A stretch of DNA of 57,955 bases from Octopus bimaculoides (Eukaryota): the NCBI RefSeq assembly GCF_001194135.2, contig NC_068983.1, forward strand, positions 112,144,850 to 112,202,804, written 5' to 3'. The notes beneath the pieces were generated by a model. That model was not told the origin of the DNA. It searched no databases and saw nothing but the letters and a program-made list of their open reading frames with translations. A program made the position numbers and the translations under genes. The first letter of the stretch is position 1. Every line of letters starts with the position of its first letter. Below are positions 25,246 through 37,861 of the stretch, in pieces.

Positions 25246-25479
25246 CACATACATACATTTATTTATTTTTACACGAAACTTCAATATGAGAAATACCATA
25301 AATTTCAGCTGTTAAAAATTAAGTTCACTTGGTATATTACACAGCCAAAAATGTGGTAGTCTTGCATAGAGGATGTGCTTATTGTTGGTTCAGAGGAATA
25401 GAGCCCATTGTAATTGCAGCAAAAGAGGTGAAGAAAAGAAACAGTATTTCGGTGAATTAGCATTAGCGGGATGTTAGGG

Positions 25480-26190
25480 AAGGTGATTTTGGCAGTCAAG
25501 TAAAAAAGCTTCGTGCTTTGGATAGATAGATGAAATTAATCCATCCTCATATTGCACAAGCACATCGTTATTCAAACAACTTTCACCTACCTCCCTCTCC
25601 TCAATTACTTCTTTTCTCAAGTGGAACTTTGAAAAGTCGACAGCAGCTATTTGACATAACTCCATATGTCAGCATTGCCAGGACACTGAATGAGTGCTTG
25701 TAGAACAGTTTCGTTGCTCTGTGTGCACCTTAAACAAGCCTGCCTGATAGCACATCCATGCCTGTAGTGTTTATTTTGAACAAGTAGCGCCCCTTGGTAG
25801 TGCTATCAGGCCAAGGACTTTTGGAAATAATCCATGGTAATCCCTGACTGAAAAGTCCTTCAGAACAGACTAGCCTGTTCATTTTCATCAACACCCAGTT
25901 TCTCCTCAAGAATGTCACACTCCCATGCCTCTAATTCTCTATATATTGCTAAAGTGAGACATCTACCAATCCCATTGCCTGATCAGTAGAGAGTTATGAG
26001 CATTTAGCATCATTCTAGGTGTCAGGCACCCAGTCTCAGTCTTTTCTTCAGCTCCATCAAGGAGACATGCTATGAAAAGATGTAGTATACAAACCAGAGC
26101 CCATGCACACTCAGCATCCAGAAATCGTTGCATGTAGCACAATATGAGCATGTGTTGGTCATCAGAAGCTATGGCATGCCTAAGCCACCT
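25480..26190 (-). mobile_element. Tx1/L1-clade LINE ORF2 3' fragment with C-terminal zinc-binding motif, degenerate
   Basis: GGLGMP*LLM...FQKSLA**HYQGALLVQNKHYRHG...CLRCTQSNETVLQALIQCPGNADIWSYV. Confidence 0.75.
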
Positions 26191-28007
26191 CACTGAGGGC
26201 GCTAGTTGCTGACTGATTGCCTGACCATTGGAACCTGTTCCTTATTGAATGTGTGAAGTAATATGCAACCAGTTGCCTGGCAATTCAGAAAAAATTGACC
26301 GAGAATAAGCAACAGGCTATCAATATTTTTATTTATTTATTCTATTTTATTTATATATTTATTTATCTTAAAACATAGATATCTTGTGATAAACTGTTAA
26401 CTTATTTAATGTGGAGATAATGTTTGACTGCATGACACAAAAAAAAATTGGCATAAAATGAAGGACAAAAGAAATATATATAAAATACTGACCACCTACA
26501 AACTGAATTTTTCATATATAAGTTGATTTCATTGTAACTTCAAGGAAAAAGATTTTATGAGAGAGAATGGTGGCCTACAATAAAAGATAAGCTTAAGAAA
26601 TGATTTTGGGCAATTTAGCTGTTAGCATCTCTAATTTTGTTTATAGTAGCTAATGATTACTTCTTACTTTGGTTTTCAATCTCCAAATAAGAGAGAAATT
26701 TTAATTCCTTGAAAGTATTTAGCTTATATCATCCAGCACATCAACACTTAGTTTATCTGAAAGCAGATCTTCTGTTTGAGATAATTTCCTTAGCTCATTT
26801 TATGCACGTTATTACAAGTCAAAAGCCTTTGAACTCTTATTTTTATCATGTAAATATTTCTGACTACTAATCAGAGCAGGTTTGATTATGTTATGCTGAT
26901 GAGGTCAGTGAGGTCTAACAACATTTGGAACATGTTAGTAACTGTCATCTTACCTGCAAAACAAAAATCAGATTTCTCTAAAAAACATGCACATTAATTA
27001 TGTGAAATTAATACTTCATTTTTTTAAATTTATCTCTCTTTTAACACTGAGAATGATTTACATATCCATTACATTTTTTTTTATTTTCTATCTTGGATTG
27101 AAATTTAAACTGATTGAAAATATTTTATCTTCACCATTAGCTTCATCAAAATTCATGCCATTGGTCCTCTTGAATTATATCCTTAATTCAATTTAATTAT
27201 TATTTTTTTTTAGATTATGCTGAATAAATTAACTCTTAATATTATATTGATCCAAAGAAGATAGGAAGACAAAACCCAAATATGGCAGGATATAAACACT
27301 GAAACTAAGTAGTTGCAACTAAAAACTACTCTACCAGTTTCTCAGCACATCACATTTATATGTAATTACAAAGCTCAAATACACTCTCCTACATATCAAC
27401 AACTTAAATAAAATATAAACTTATGAAATGTAAAACAATAAAAATAGAAGGCATTAAAAAGTAGGTATTGAATTGAAGTTTATTTTAATTTAATATAATA
27501 TATATTATAATTTCTTTGTTCTGTTATAATAAATTTAAAAATTATTAAACATTTCCTTCAGTTCTTCTTTTTCTTTCTAAGAGATTAATACAGATAAAAA
27601 AAAACAAGGAAGCCAAAACAATATATGTATATATATCTATGAATATGTATATATGTGTGTGTGTGTATACACACACATACAAATATATACAAATACATAT
27701 GTATGTATATTCATATATACTTATATACAAGATTTATATATACATACGTATATGTGTAAACATGTATGTATAGGTATATATGAAAATGTATATATATTCA
27801 TACAGATATATTTCTGCATATATGTGTGTGTGTCTGTGTGTATACATATATATATATATATGTGTATATATATATATATATATATACATTATATATACAT
27901 ATATATATACATATTTATACATATTTATGCATATATAAATATATGTATATGTAAATATAAATATATGTGTGTGTGTGTGTATACATGCATATATATGGGA
28001 GAATTTA

Positions 28008-28220
28008 CGAAAAAAACAGCAGACGAAGACAGGTGGTGTAAACAACAAATGGATGTATTAGTTCAATGCTCGGGAATAGAGAAAGTCTTTAATGTTTCGA
28101 GGTATGCTCTTCAACTGAAAGGAACACAGAAAGAAATAAGGAGAAAAACAAGGAGAAAAAAAATATAAAAGTAGTGGTCAGCGATCTATCATGGTGAATG
28201 CCGGACAGAAGGTTCACACA
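28008..28220 (-). mobile_element. Penelope-like pseudo-LTR fragment with a degenerate hammerhead-like core
   Basis: Minus strand CAGTTGA-aGAGcatacCTC-GAAAC; embedded in (TA)-rich flanks. Confidence 0.45.
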
Positions 28221-28224
28221 GGAG

Positions 28225-28256
<32 letters not shown>

Positions 28257-28875
28257 TCATATAGATATATTTATACATATATATATATGTATATAAATAT
28301 GTGTACATATATGTATATCTATCTATCTCNNNNNNNNNNNNNNNNNNNNNNNNNNNNNNNNNNNNNNNNNNNNNNNNNNNNNNNNNNNNNNNNNNNNNNN
28401 NNNNNNNNNNNNNNNNNNNNNNNNNNNNNNNNNNNNNNNNNNNNNNNNNNNNNNNNNNNNNNNNNNNNNNNNNNNNNNNNNNNNNNNNNNNNNNNNNNNN
28501 NNNNNNNNNNNNNNNNNNNNNNNNNNNNNNNNNNNNNNNNNNNNNNNNNNNNNNNNNNNNNNNNNNNNNNNNNNNNNNNNNNNNNNNNNNNNNNNNNNNN
28601 NNNNNNNNNNNNNNNNNNNNNNNNNNNNNNNNNNNNNNNNNNNNNNNNNNNNNNNNNNNNNNNNNNNNNNNNNNNNNNNNNNNNNNNNNNNNNNNNNNGG
28701 TAGAAAATGCTAAAATAATTTTATAAAAAAACATTTCAGTACTGGTTCCGGTCATTGAGACTTTTTCAACTGTAAGTATGGAAAACAATTAAGCTTTGGA
28801 AAAATTATATGAAAAGTATTTTAAAAGAATATTTGCGTAGTATTCAAATACAAGGGGCATTTTCCTTGTTTCTGC

Positions 28876-28943
28876 CTGTCTCTCTCTCTCTCTCTCTCTT
28901 GTTTACTCATGTGGGTTCAAGGTCGTTGTGAATTCTTGGCAGA

Positions 28944-28978
<35 letters not shown>

Positions 28979-29868
28979 AGAAGAAGAAGACGAAGAAGAA
29001 AAAGAAGAAGAATACAGGAGTGCTATGATAGTAGTAGGATGATAAATGGTCAAGTGCCCTGAAAGTGACTTGTGGATGGTTGTAACGACTGAATTCTTGA
29101 GACATCGCTATTGAATGTATTGTTTATAATATTTGCATAGGTGTTATGCTAAACAGCAGTAGTAGTAAAGTACGGAAGTAGGTGGCGAAGAGGAGGAACA
29201 TGAAGAAGAAAGAGAAAGAGAAGAAGAGAGAATAATAAGGGAATGCAGGATGGCATGATAGTAGTAGGATGTTAAATGGTCAAGTGACCTAAAAGTGGCT
29301 CATTGTGGATTATAGCAGTAATTGGGTCTGTTTTTAATGAATTCTTGAGTATGTCTTGAATGTATCATTTTTAATATTTGCCTGTGTATTATTCTAAGGC
29401 TGTGGTGGATATGTCGTTTGATGTAGATGCGTTCAAAAGGGGGTCTGTATTTTGTAATAAAGAGAGTCTCTTTACTAATTCGTTGGCTACAGGTTGAATC
29501 ATCCCTGAATTGGTAGAGGGGGAAAATTCTGAAGCTTGGATTTTTGTTATTGGCACAAATGTTGATGTGTTGGCTGAATGCTATTTTTCAGTTTTGGTGA
29601 TTTTTGATCTGGGATTCATTAAAAACAGTCCCAATAATCCACAATGAGCCACTGCAATAATCCACAATGAGCCACTTTTAGGTCACTTGACCATATAACA
29701 TTCTACTACTGTCATACCATCCTGCATTCCCTTATTATTCTCTCTTCTTCTCTTCCTCCTCCTCCTCCTCCTCCTCCTCCTCCTTCTTCTTCTTCTTCTT
29801 CTTCCTCCTCTCTGCCAAGAATTCACAATGACCTCCAACCCACAAGAGTAAACAAGAAAGAGAGAGAG
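28876..29868 (-). mobile_element. Penelope-like element 3' end with inverted pseudo-LTR copy
   Basis: Minus 29400-29615: IAFSQHINICANNKNPSFRIFPLYQF...RISKETLFITKYRP (GIY-YIG C-terminus-like); arms 29217-29343 and 29613-29752, plus 28876-29010 and 29750-29868, are reverse complements. Confidence 0.75.
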
Positions 29869-30254
29869 NNNNNNNNNNNNNNNNNNNNNNNNNNNNNNNN
29901 NNNNNNNNNNNNNNNNNNNNNNNNNNNNNNNNNNNNNNNNNNNNNNNNNNNNNNNNNNNNNNNNNNNNNNNNNNNNNNNNNNNNNNNNNNNNNNNNNNNN
30001 NNNNNNNNNNNNNNNNNNNNNNNNNNNNNNNNNNNNNNNNNNNNNNNNNNNNNNNNNNNNNNNNNNNNNNNNNNNNNNNNNNNNNNNNNNNNNNNNNNNN
30101 NNNNNNNNNNNNNNNNNNNNNNNNNNNNNNNNNNNNNNNNNNNNNNNNNNNNNNNNNNNNNNNNNNNNNNNNNNNNNNNNNNNNNNNNNNNNNNNNNNNN
30201 NNNNNNNNNNNNNNNNNNNNNNNNNNNNNNNNNNNNNNNNNNNNNNNNNNNNNN

Positions 30255-30500
30255 ATATATATATATATATATAACAACAAATAGTAAATGAGTATATGCA
30301 TATATACGTACAGGTATGTGCATACCGAAATCCACCTGTATGTATAGGTGCATATCTGGGTACAGGACATTGCAAACAAACGTAGACGAGAAAACACACA
30401 AGCCACATAGAGAACATTCTACTTCATCAGCTACCCACGTTTTAACACCGGCAGAAAGTAGACCAAGGAAAAGAGGACATTATAACATAGAATAACGTAT
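30255..30500. mobile_element. Penelope-related terminal repeat fragment
   Basis: gggtacagg...gagaacattctacttcatcagctaccc resembles 33282-33432. Confidence 0.35.
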
Positions 30501-30879
30501 AAGGAATAGACAAAGAAAGTTGACAGGGAAGTCATGTGACTAACAGATAAACAGTAACGAACACACTAAGAAATATTTATATTAAATGAAAACATATTGT
30601 GGAAATAATGAATAAAGAACTCTAATTGTTCTTAGCTGTTAACGGATGAACATCACATAAGTATATGCAATATTTTTCTGAAATTAATTTTTGAGTAATA
30701 CAAGTGTTTTGGGTACACATTGTAATCCATTAGTGGTACATATAAAGAAAAAGTGAATTTACCTATGGAAATCAGATTTTTTTCACATCTTTCATTTTTT
30801 AATATATATATCTATGTATATAAATGTATATTTTATATATAGCATTATATGTGTGTGTGTGTATGTGTGTGTGTGTCTG

Positions 30880-30914
<35 letters not shown>

Positions 30915-30924
30915 TTTTATTCTT

Positions 30925-31163
30925 TAATTCTTTTATTTGTTTCAGTCATTTGACTTTGGTCATGCTGGAGCACTACCTTTTAGTCAAACAAACTGACCCC
31001 AGAACTTACTCTTTGTAAGCCTAGTACTTATTCTATCAGTCCTGTTTGCTGAATCACTAAGTTTCAGGGACATAAACACAGCAGCATTGGTTGTCAAGCA
31101 ATGGTGGGGGATCAAATGCAGAGACACAAACATATACACACACACACACATGCACACACACAC

Positions 31164-31209
<46 letters not shown>
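30925..31209 (-). mobile_element. SINE family B, 3' part; breaks at the gap inside its microsatellite
   Basis: ttgtttcagtcatttgactttggtcatgctggagcactacc is the reverse complement of the family B tail. Confidence 0.85.
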
Positions 31210-32025
31210 NNNNNNNNNNNNNNNNNNNNNNNNNNNNNNNNNNNNNNNNNNNNNNNNNNNNNNNNNNNNNNNNNNNNNNNNNNNNNNNNNNNNNNNNNNN
31301 NNNNNNNNNNNNNNNNNNNNNNNNNNNNNNNNNNNNNNNNNNNNNNNNNNNNNNNNNNNNNNNNNNNNNNNNNNNNNNNNNNNNNNNNNNNNNNNNNNNN
31401 NNNNNNNNNNNNNNNNNNNNNNNNNNNNNNNNNNNNNNNNNNNNNNNNNNNNNNNNNNNNNNNNNNNNNNNNNNNNNNNNNNNNNNNNNNNNNNNNNNNN
31501 NNNNNNNNNNNNNNNNNNNNNNNNNNNNNNNNNNNNNNNNNNNNNNNNNNNNNNNNNNNNNNNNNNNNNNNNNNNNNNNNNNNNNNNNNNNNNNNNNNNN
31601 NNNNNNNNNNNNNNNNNNNNNNNNNNNNNNNNNNNNNNNNNNNNNNNNNNNNNNNNNNNNNNNNNNNNNNNNNNNNNNNNNNNNNNNNNNNNNNNNNNNN
31701 NNNNNNNNNNNNNNNNNNNNNNNNNNNNNNNNNNNNNNNNNNNNNNNNNNNNNNNNNNNNNNNNNNNNNNNNNNNNNNNNNNNNNNNNNNNNNNNNNNNN
31801 NNNNNNNNNNNNNNNNNNNNNNNNNNNNNNNNNNNNNNNNNNNNNNNNNNNNNNNNNNNNNNNNNNNNNNNNNNNNNNNNNNNNNNNNNNNNNNNNNNNN
31901 NNNNNNNNNNNNNNNNNNNNNNNNNNNNNNNNNNNNNNNNNNNNNNNNNNNNNNNNNNNNNNNNNNNNNNNNNNNNNNNNNNNNNNNNNNNNNNNNNNNN
32001 NNNNNATAGATATGTGTGTGTGCAA

Positions 32026-32067
<42 letters not shown>

Positions 32068-32074
<7 letters not shown>

Positions 32075-32330
32075 GAGGCATGTGGCTTAGTGGTAAGGGT
32101 GTCAGCATCATGATCGTAAGATTGTGGCTTCGATTCCTGGACCGGGCGACACGTTGTATTCTTGAGCAAAACACTTCATTTCACGTTTCACCAGTCCTTT
32201 CAGCTGGCAAGACTGAGTAACACTGCAATGGACTGGTGTCACGTCCAGCTAGGGAACACAGGTGCCATTGAAACTGGGAAACAGGGCCCATGTGCCTGGT
32301 TAAGCTTTAAAATGGTGCAAGAAAGAGAAG
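32068..32330 (+). mobile_element. tRNA-derived SINE (family A-like head)
   Basis: A box tggcttagtgg, B box ggcttcgattcc, then ttcttgagcaaaacacttcatttcacg. Confidence 0.8.
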
Positions 32331-32331
32331 A

Positions 32332-32365
<34 letters not shown>

Positions 32366-32368
32366 GTA

Positions 32369-33157
32369 CCATAAATCCTCGAGTATAATCCGTCCTTGTG
32401 TATAATATGCAGGAGATATTTAGGGAGCTCTACCTCTAAAAAACCTGAACCTTGTGCATAATATGCATCCCTTCTCTAACTTGGGTCAAGGATGTCTATA
32501 TAACGTCCTTGATTTGTAAATATATATACTGTAACATCCTTTATTATTATTCTGTATATAACATAATGCAAACATGTAGCTTTTTTGTGCACTTTGTTAG
32601 CAGAAAAAAAAAAATAACAGTAATAACATCAGTGAAAAATAAATATTAGGTAAAATTGCCTTTCACATATTTATCACTATCAGTTACAAAAACAAAAACA
32701 AAAACATTTATTCAAATCCTTCAAATTCAACGTCACCTTCAGCATCAAATAACTGTTCTATTTGTTCCTCCATAAACATGTCGGCATCATTGTAGAGAAA
32801 ATCTCCGTCATCGTCACCATCAGAAGATTCACTTTCATTTATTTCATCTTTCTACACAACGTCATCCTGAGTACCATCCAGTGCAGACGATATACAACAC
32901 TTTTATTTTAATAAATGTTGCTTACTGCAAGTTATGGATGATTCTTTTATGACTTCATTGCTTTCAGGCTTAGCTCAAGGTATTTTCGCGCCTGACATCA
33001 CAAAATGCATCTGAATAAACATTGCCAGACAGCAAATAGAGACTCGAACATTGCTTAGAAAATATTTTTCATTTTTAACCTCGTATATAGTACACACTAG
33101 GGATTTTGACCTTTAAATTTGGGGAAAAAAATGCGGATTATACTCGAGGATTTACGG
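32369..33157 (-). mobile_element. Non-autonomous pogo/Tigger-like transposon (789 bp)
   Basis: TA-flanked TIRs ccataaatcctcgagtataatccg / cggattatactcgaggatttacgg (1 mismatch in 24); internal KKCCISSALDGTQDD...DVEFEGFE* transposase C-terminus. Confidence 0.9.
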
Positions 33158-33281
33158 TATATACTTGGAAATGGATGTGTGGCCTTTGGTCATATAATAA
33201 TATAAATAATATATAGATATATGCATATATACATACATATATGTACATACCTACATATATATGTATATATACGTGCATATA

Positions 33282-33539
33282 TGGGTACAGGTCATCAAAA
33301 AAGTGTAGGCTAAATGAGAAACGAGAACATAAAAAACAAAAACTTAGGAAACAAACTTTTTTTAACAACGAAAGAAACAAACAGAAAAAAGAGAAAGGCA
33401 ATATAAAGACCATTCTCTTTATCAGTTGTCCCCTGTTTGTTTGTTTCTTTCGTTGTTCGAAAAATGTTTGTTTTCTATGTTTTTGTTTTTTTATGTTCTC
33501 ATTTCTCATATTGTCTACATTTTTTGATGTTCTGTACTC
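33282..33539. repeat. Hairpin-forming inverted repeat, about 100-bp arms, probably Penelope-derived
   Basis: 33282-33384 matches the reverse complement of 33432-33539. Confidence 0.85.
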
Positions 33540-34764
33540 ATATATATATGTATATATATACATATATATGTAGGTATATACATATATGTATGCATATATG
33601 CATATATTTATATATTATTTATATTATATANNNNNNNNNNNNNNNNNNNNNNNNNNNNNNNNNNNNNNNNNNNNNNNNNNNNNNNNNNNNNNNNNNNNNN
33701 NNNNNNNNNNNNNNNNNNNNNNNNNNNNNNNNNNNNNNNNNNNNNNNNNNNNNNNNNNNNNNNNNNNNNNNNNNNNNNNNNNNNNNNNNNNNNNNNNNNN
33801 NNNNNNNNNNNNNNNNNNNNNNNNNNNNNNNNNNNNNNNNNNNNNNNNNNNNNNNNNNNNNNNNNNNNNNNNNNNNNNNNNNNNNNNNNNNNNNNNNNNN
33901 NNNNNNNNNNNNNNNNNNNNNNNNNNNNNNNNNNNNNNNNNNNNNNNNNNNNNNNNNNNNNNNNNNNNNNNNNNNNNNNNNNNNNNNNNNNNNNNNNNNN
34001 NNNNNNNNNNNNNNNNNNNNNNNNNNNNNNNNNNNNNNNNNNNNNNNNNNNNNNNNNNNNNNNNNNNNNNNNNNNNNNNNNNNNNNNNNNNNNNNNNNNN
34101 NNNNNNNNNNNNNNNNNNNNNNNNNNNNNNNNNNNNNNNNNNNNNNNNNNNNNNNNNNNNNNNNNNNNNNNNNNNNNNNNNNNNNNNNNNNNNNNNNNNN
34201 NNNNNNNNNNNNNNNNNNNNNNNNNNNNNNNNNNNNNNNNNNNNNNNNNNNNNNNNNNNNNNNNNNNNNNNNNNNNNNNNNNNNNNNNNNNNNNNNNNNN
34301 NNNNNNNNNNNNNNNNNNNNNNNNNNNNNNNNNNNNNNNNNNNNNNNNNNNNNNNNNNNNNNNNNNNNNNNNNNNNNNNNNNNNNNNNNNNNNNNNNNNN
34401 NNNNNNNNNNNNNNNNNNNNNNNNNNNNNNNNNNNNNNNNNNNNNNNNNNNNNNNNNNNNNNNNNNNNNNNNNNNNNNNNNNNNNNNNNNNNNNNNNNNN
34501 NNNNNNNNNNNNNNNNNNNNNNNNNNNNNNNNNNNNNNNNNNNNNNNNNNNNNNNNNNNNNNNAGTAGTTCTTTGACTGCTATTTCTAAATTTTCAGTAT
34601 GTTGGAGAAGCAACTCAATTGCTAATCCCTGTATATTTATAATGATAAATAGTTTTACCGATAAAGGTTTTTTTCATACTGAACTACTTGGCAAAATTGT
34701 TAATTATTAATTCTATTATTAATTGACGATTCTCTGCCCTTATTCTTGTATATATATATATATA

Positions 34765-35090
34765 TATATATATTTAAGTTTCAGCTTAGAGCTGCGGCCA
34801 TGCTGATGCACCGCCGTTTTGCTACACTGTTATTACTGAGAGCCTCCTCCAATATGTAGCACTTGAAGAATGGAGTTTGATGAAGCTACCCTCATTTGCA
34901 CCTCTTGCTGTGAGGTAGGTTCATCCGGGACTCTCGACAGAAAGAGGTCCAATTTTAATTTAAAAACCTCTACATCTACTTTGTGCAGGTTCCTCAGGCT
35001 CTTTGAGAGAATATTAAAAGGCTGTGGGCACCTGAAGCCCAAACTTAGGCATTGTGTTACTGCAATACTAATAACCTGGAATTAGAATTC
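34765..35090 (-). mobile_element. CR1/L2-like LINE 3' end
   Basis: GFRCPQPFNILSKSLRNLHKVDVEVFKLKLDLFLSRVPDEP...SNS; tail ggcggtgcatcagcatggccgcagctctaagctgaaac then (TA)n. Confidence 0.7.
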
Positions 35091-35131
35091 AATATGTAAT
35101 ACTCCAGAATAAAGTAATATGAAATGAAATA

Positions 35132-35341
35132 AATGACAAGGGAACAGGAATTACATGGCCCACTTCATTAGCTTACAGCTGTTTCTACTAAAGCAAAAAT
35201 GCAGTCCACTCAGAGCTGAGTGCTCATGCATCACCTTATATCTTCCTCCGGGCTTCTAAAATAAAGTGCAAGTTAATTTTGTAATGAAATAGCATACATT
35301 GCTGATAGAGTTGATTATATAATTCCTGTTCCCTTGTCATT
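35132..35341. mobile_element. MITE, about 210 bp, 22-bp perfect TIR
   Basis: aatgacaagggaacaggaatta ... taattcctgttcccttgtcatt; possible TAA duplication. Confidence 0.75.
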
Positions 35342-35899
35342 AATTACGTCTGTTCATTTTCTGAGAGAAATTGGTTGTGGTCAGACCTGGAGATGGATGG
35401 GCTCTGCCAAATTTTAAAATGCCTATAGCATGCTGTATGTCATATCAGTGCTCCTACAACTTCATGAAGGATTTGTATGCCAAAGCTAATGTAAAGCATA
35501 CATGTGTGTGTGCATGTATATGTATGTCTTTGTGTCTGTGTGGATACTGATGTTGTACTACTCCATATAACACACTGTGGGGAATTTAGAAAAGAAATTC
35601 CACATCTGGAAACAAAATTAAAAGCCTAGTAGCCACAGAATAAAATTAGCTAAAGATAAAAATTTTAGCTAGTATTAAACATAAAAAAATACTGATGTCA
35701 TTAGAGGGATGGCATATTCATTATCCAGAGTATGTGTAAGAAGAAATTTTGTACCCAATGCAATCTATAAAGTTGCAAGGGTGTAGTTGAAAAATAAAGG
35801 CAGGCTGACAGTGACTTTGCCTGTAGTAGATGTACAAAATCATTTAGCAGTCAGAGTGCCTGTGTAATAAATTTCTTGCAATATGCCAGAGGTTCTACG

Positions 35900-36230
35900 G
35901 AAGTAGAAGGTGACTCCTGAAACATAGGAAGCCAATCAGCAATAGAAAAGAAAGTTTTGGAAGTAGAATAACCAGACTAAGAGGGTGAGTAAAGTTCAGT
36001 AAGCTATTATATTTCTGACAACAAAGAGATTATAAGAGGATTCAGTTATTGTTGGGTAGGAGAGAGGCTTCATTAGTATGGACTTGTAATGCATTTGGAT
36101 GATGACAAATGAATAAAGAAATGCTGAAAAGTCTGTATGAAATGAACCAGTGGAAGAGTATGACTAAAGAAGTGGTGGAAGCTGGATCTCACGAGGAAGA
36201 TGACAAAGGAATGCAACAAATGTTGGAAAG
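35900..36230 (+). mobile_element. Highly degenerate RTE ORF C-terminal fragment
   Basis: ERLH*YGLVMHLDDDK*IKKC resembles RLRWYGHVMRMD..CVKKC. Confidence 0.45.
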
Positions 36231-36855
36231 GATATATTGAACCAAAGTAAGTATAAGAAATAAAAACACGAACATATAATGTTTAATATGATGATGAACA
36301 TTATTGCTAGTTTCTCACAGTGTCTAAGAGACACATCTTTCAGATGTACCCACTTGGATTTGCCTTGCCTTGCCAATCAAGAAAATATATCTGTTTGGGG
36401 AAAAATATTAGAAAGTTATAGCTAGTTTTGCTTGGCATGCTGGGAAATAAAAACTATTATTCGTTCTAATAATTACCATTGGAAAATTAATGACAATGCT
36501 AGGATCATACACTGCAAATTATGTTTTGCATTCTGGGAAGAGAAAAACTCACAACAATAATTTTCTTGTATTAATTATTGGAAAAAATAACTTTCCTTTG
36601 ACTTCTAGTAAGCATAATTTCCTTTACATTTTCCACTTAGAAGGATTTTCTTGATTTACAAGGTAGTTCCAACTTGATAGATCTGGTGACCACTGTAAAA
36701 ATAGCCGCTAGAAACTGTCAGTAATATTGCTATTTAAAATTCATATAATTACAATACAAAAATTAGCTAACTCTGTTTTGATACTGAGTACTTCATTTTT
36801 GACATCTGGTTAGTACACATACATACACACACACATACAAACACATGCGCATATA

Positions 36856-37062
36856 CAGTCAAGGCCAAAAGTTTGGAACTTTTTTTTAAAATTAAAATTG
36901 TCATGTCCAAGTAGAATATAATTTTGGGTATTTAATATAAAATTCTAATTTTCAGACCTATATGCCAAACTTTTGGCCAAGTAATGATATATTGCAAATT
37001 TGGGCAGCTAATATAAAAATTCCAATTTTCAGACCTATGTTCCAAACTTTTGGCCACAACTA
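36856..37062. mobile_element. Tc1-like MITE with duplicated right end
   Basis: TA|cagtcaaggccaaaagtttggaac ... gttccaaacttttggccacaacta|TA; aattttcagacctat..ccaaacttttggcca occurs twice. Confidence 0.75.
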
Positions 37063-37240
37063 TACATACAGATTTATAATTGTTTATAATTACATATTTT
37101 AAAAGCCAAGACAATGCAATTTATAAGAATAAATGATGTTGATATGTTTCATCTGGTATTTCAGTTTTTAATGTTTAGAATAACTACCTCTAGACATCCA
37201 TGGAGAAAAGTAGATATTCAGCAAATAGCAAAGAATACCA

Positions 37241-37396
37241 ATCTTGAGAAATTAGGCTTCTCAAAACTAGAATGGGGAACTGATTCAATGACTACAGATC
37301 TAAGCCATCAATGGAACTGTAAAAATCTGTAAAACCTTCCAGAAGTTTATCATTTAAGTACATACAAGCATGTCTAGACATGCAAATATATGCATG
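37241..37396 (+). repeat. Unclassified dispersed repeat, copy 2
   Basis: Aligns with 11284-11440. Confidence 0.85.
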
Positions 37397-37817
37397 AGAA
37401 GACATACATCATAAAAGAACATGCAAATCTGCACATATACATACCTACATACATACATTCACATATGCATACATATATACATGGAAGCATACATACATGC
37501 ATGCACGTATGCATACTTACATACATGCATACATACATACATACATACATACATGCATACACACATGCATACATATGACTTCCTCTATTTTCTATATACT
37601 CCTAATGAAATAATCATTACTGATTAGATTTACTGGATTTCATCATAAGACTATACATCACACCCTTCTGTATTGGTTTACTTTGTGGTTTGTAGCCAGG
37701 TCCACTAAAGGAGCTCTATTGTGAGTACCAGCATATTAGATAAATCCATATATTGAACATAAAATTTATATATATATATAGGAAGACAGACAGATATATG
37801 TATATGTATATATATAC

Positions 37818-37861
<44 letters not shown>

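Noticed and set aside
30415-30450. CTGATGA hammerhead-like motif on the minus strand
   Set aside because: No downstream stem II-GAAA arrangement found in this copy
32068-32140. tRNA-like A and B boxes (also other SINE heads)
   Set aside because: No complete cloverleaf; followed by SINE bodies, so not tRNA genes
28189-34710. Long ORFs of 170-396 aa
   Set aside because: Composed mostly of X from N gaps and YI/TH/VC microsatellite translation
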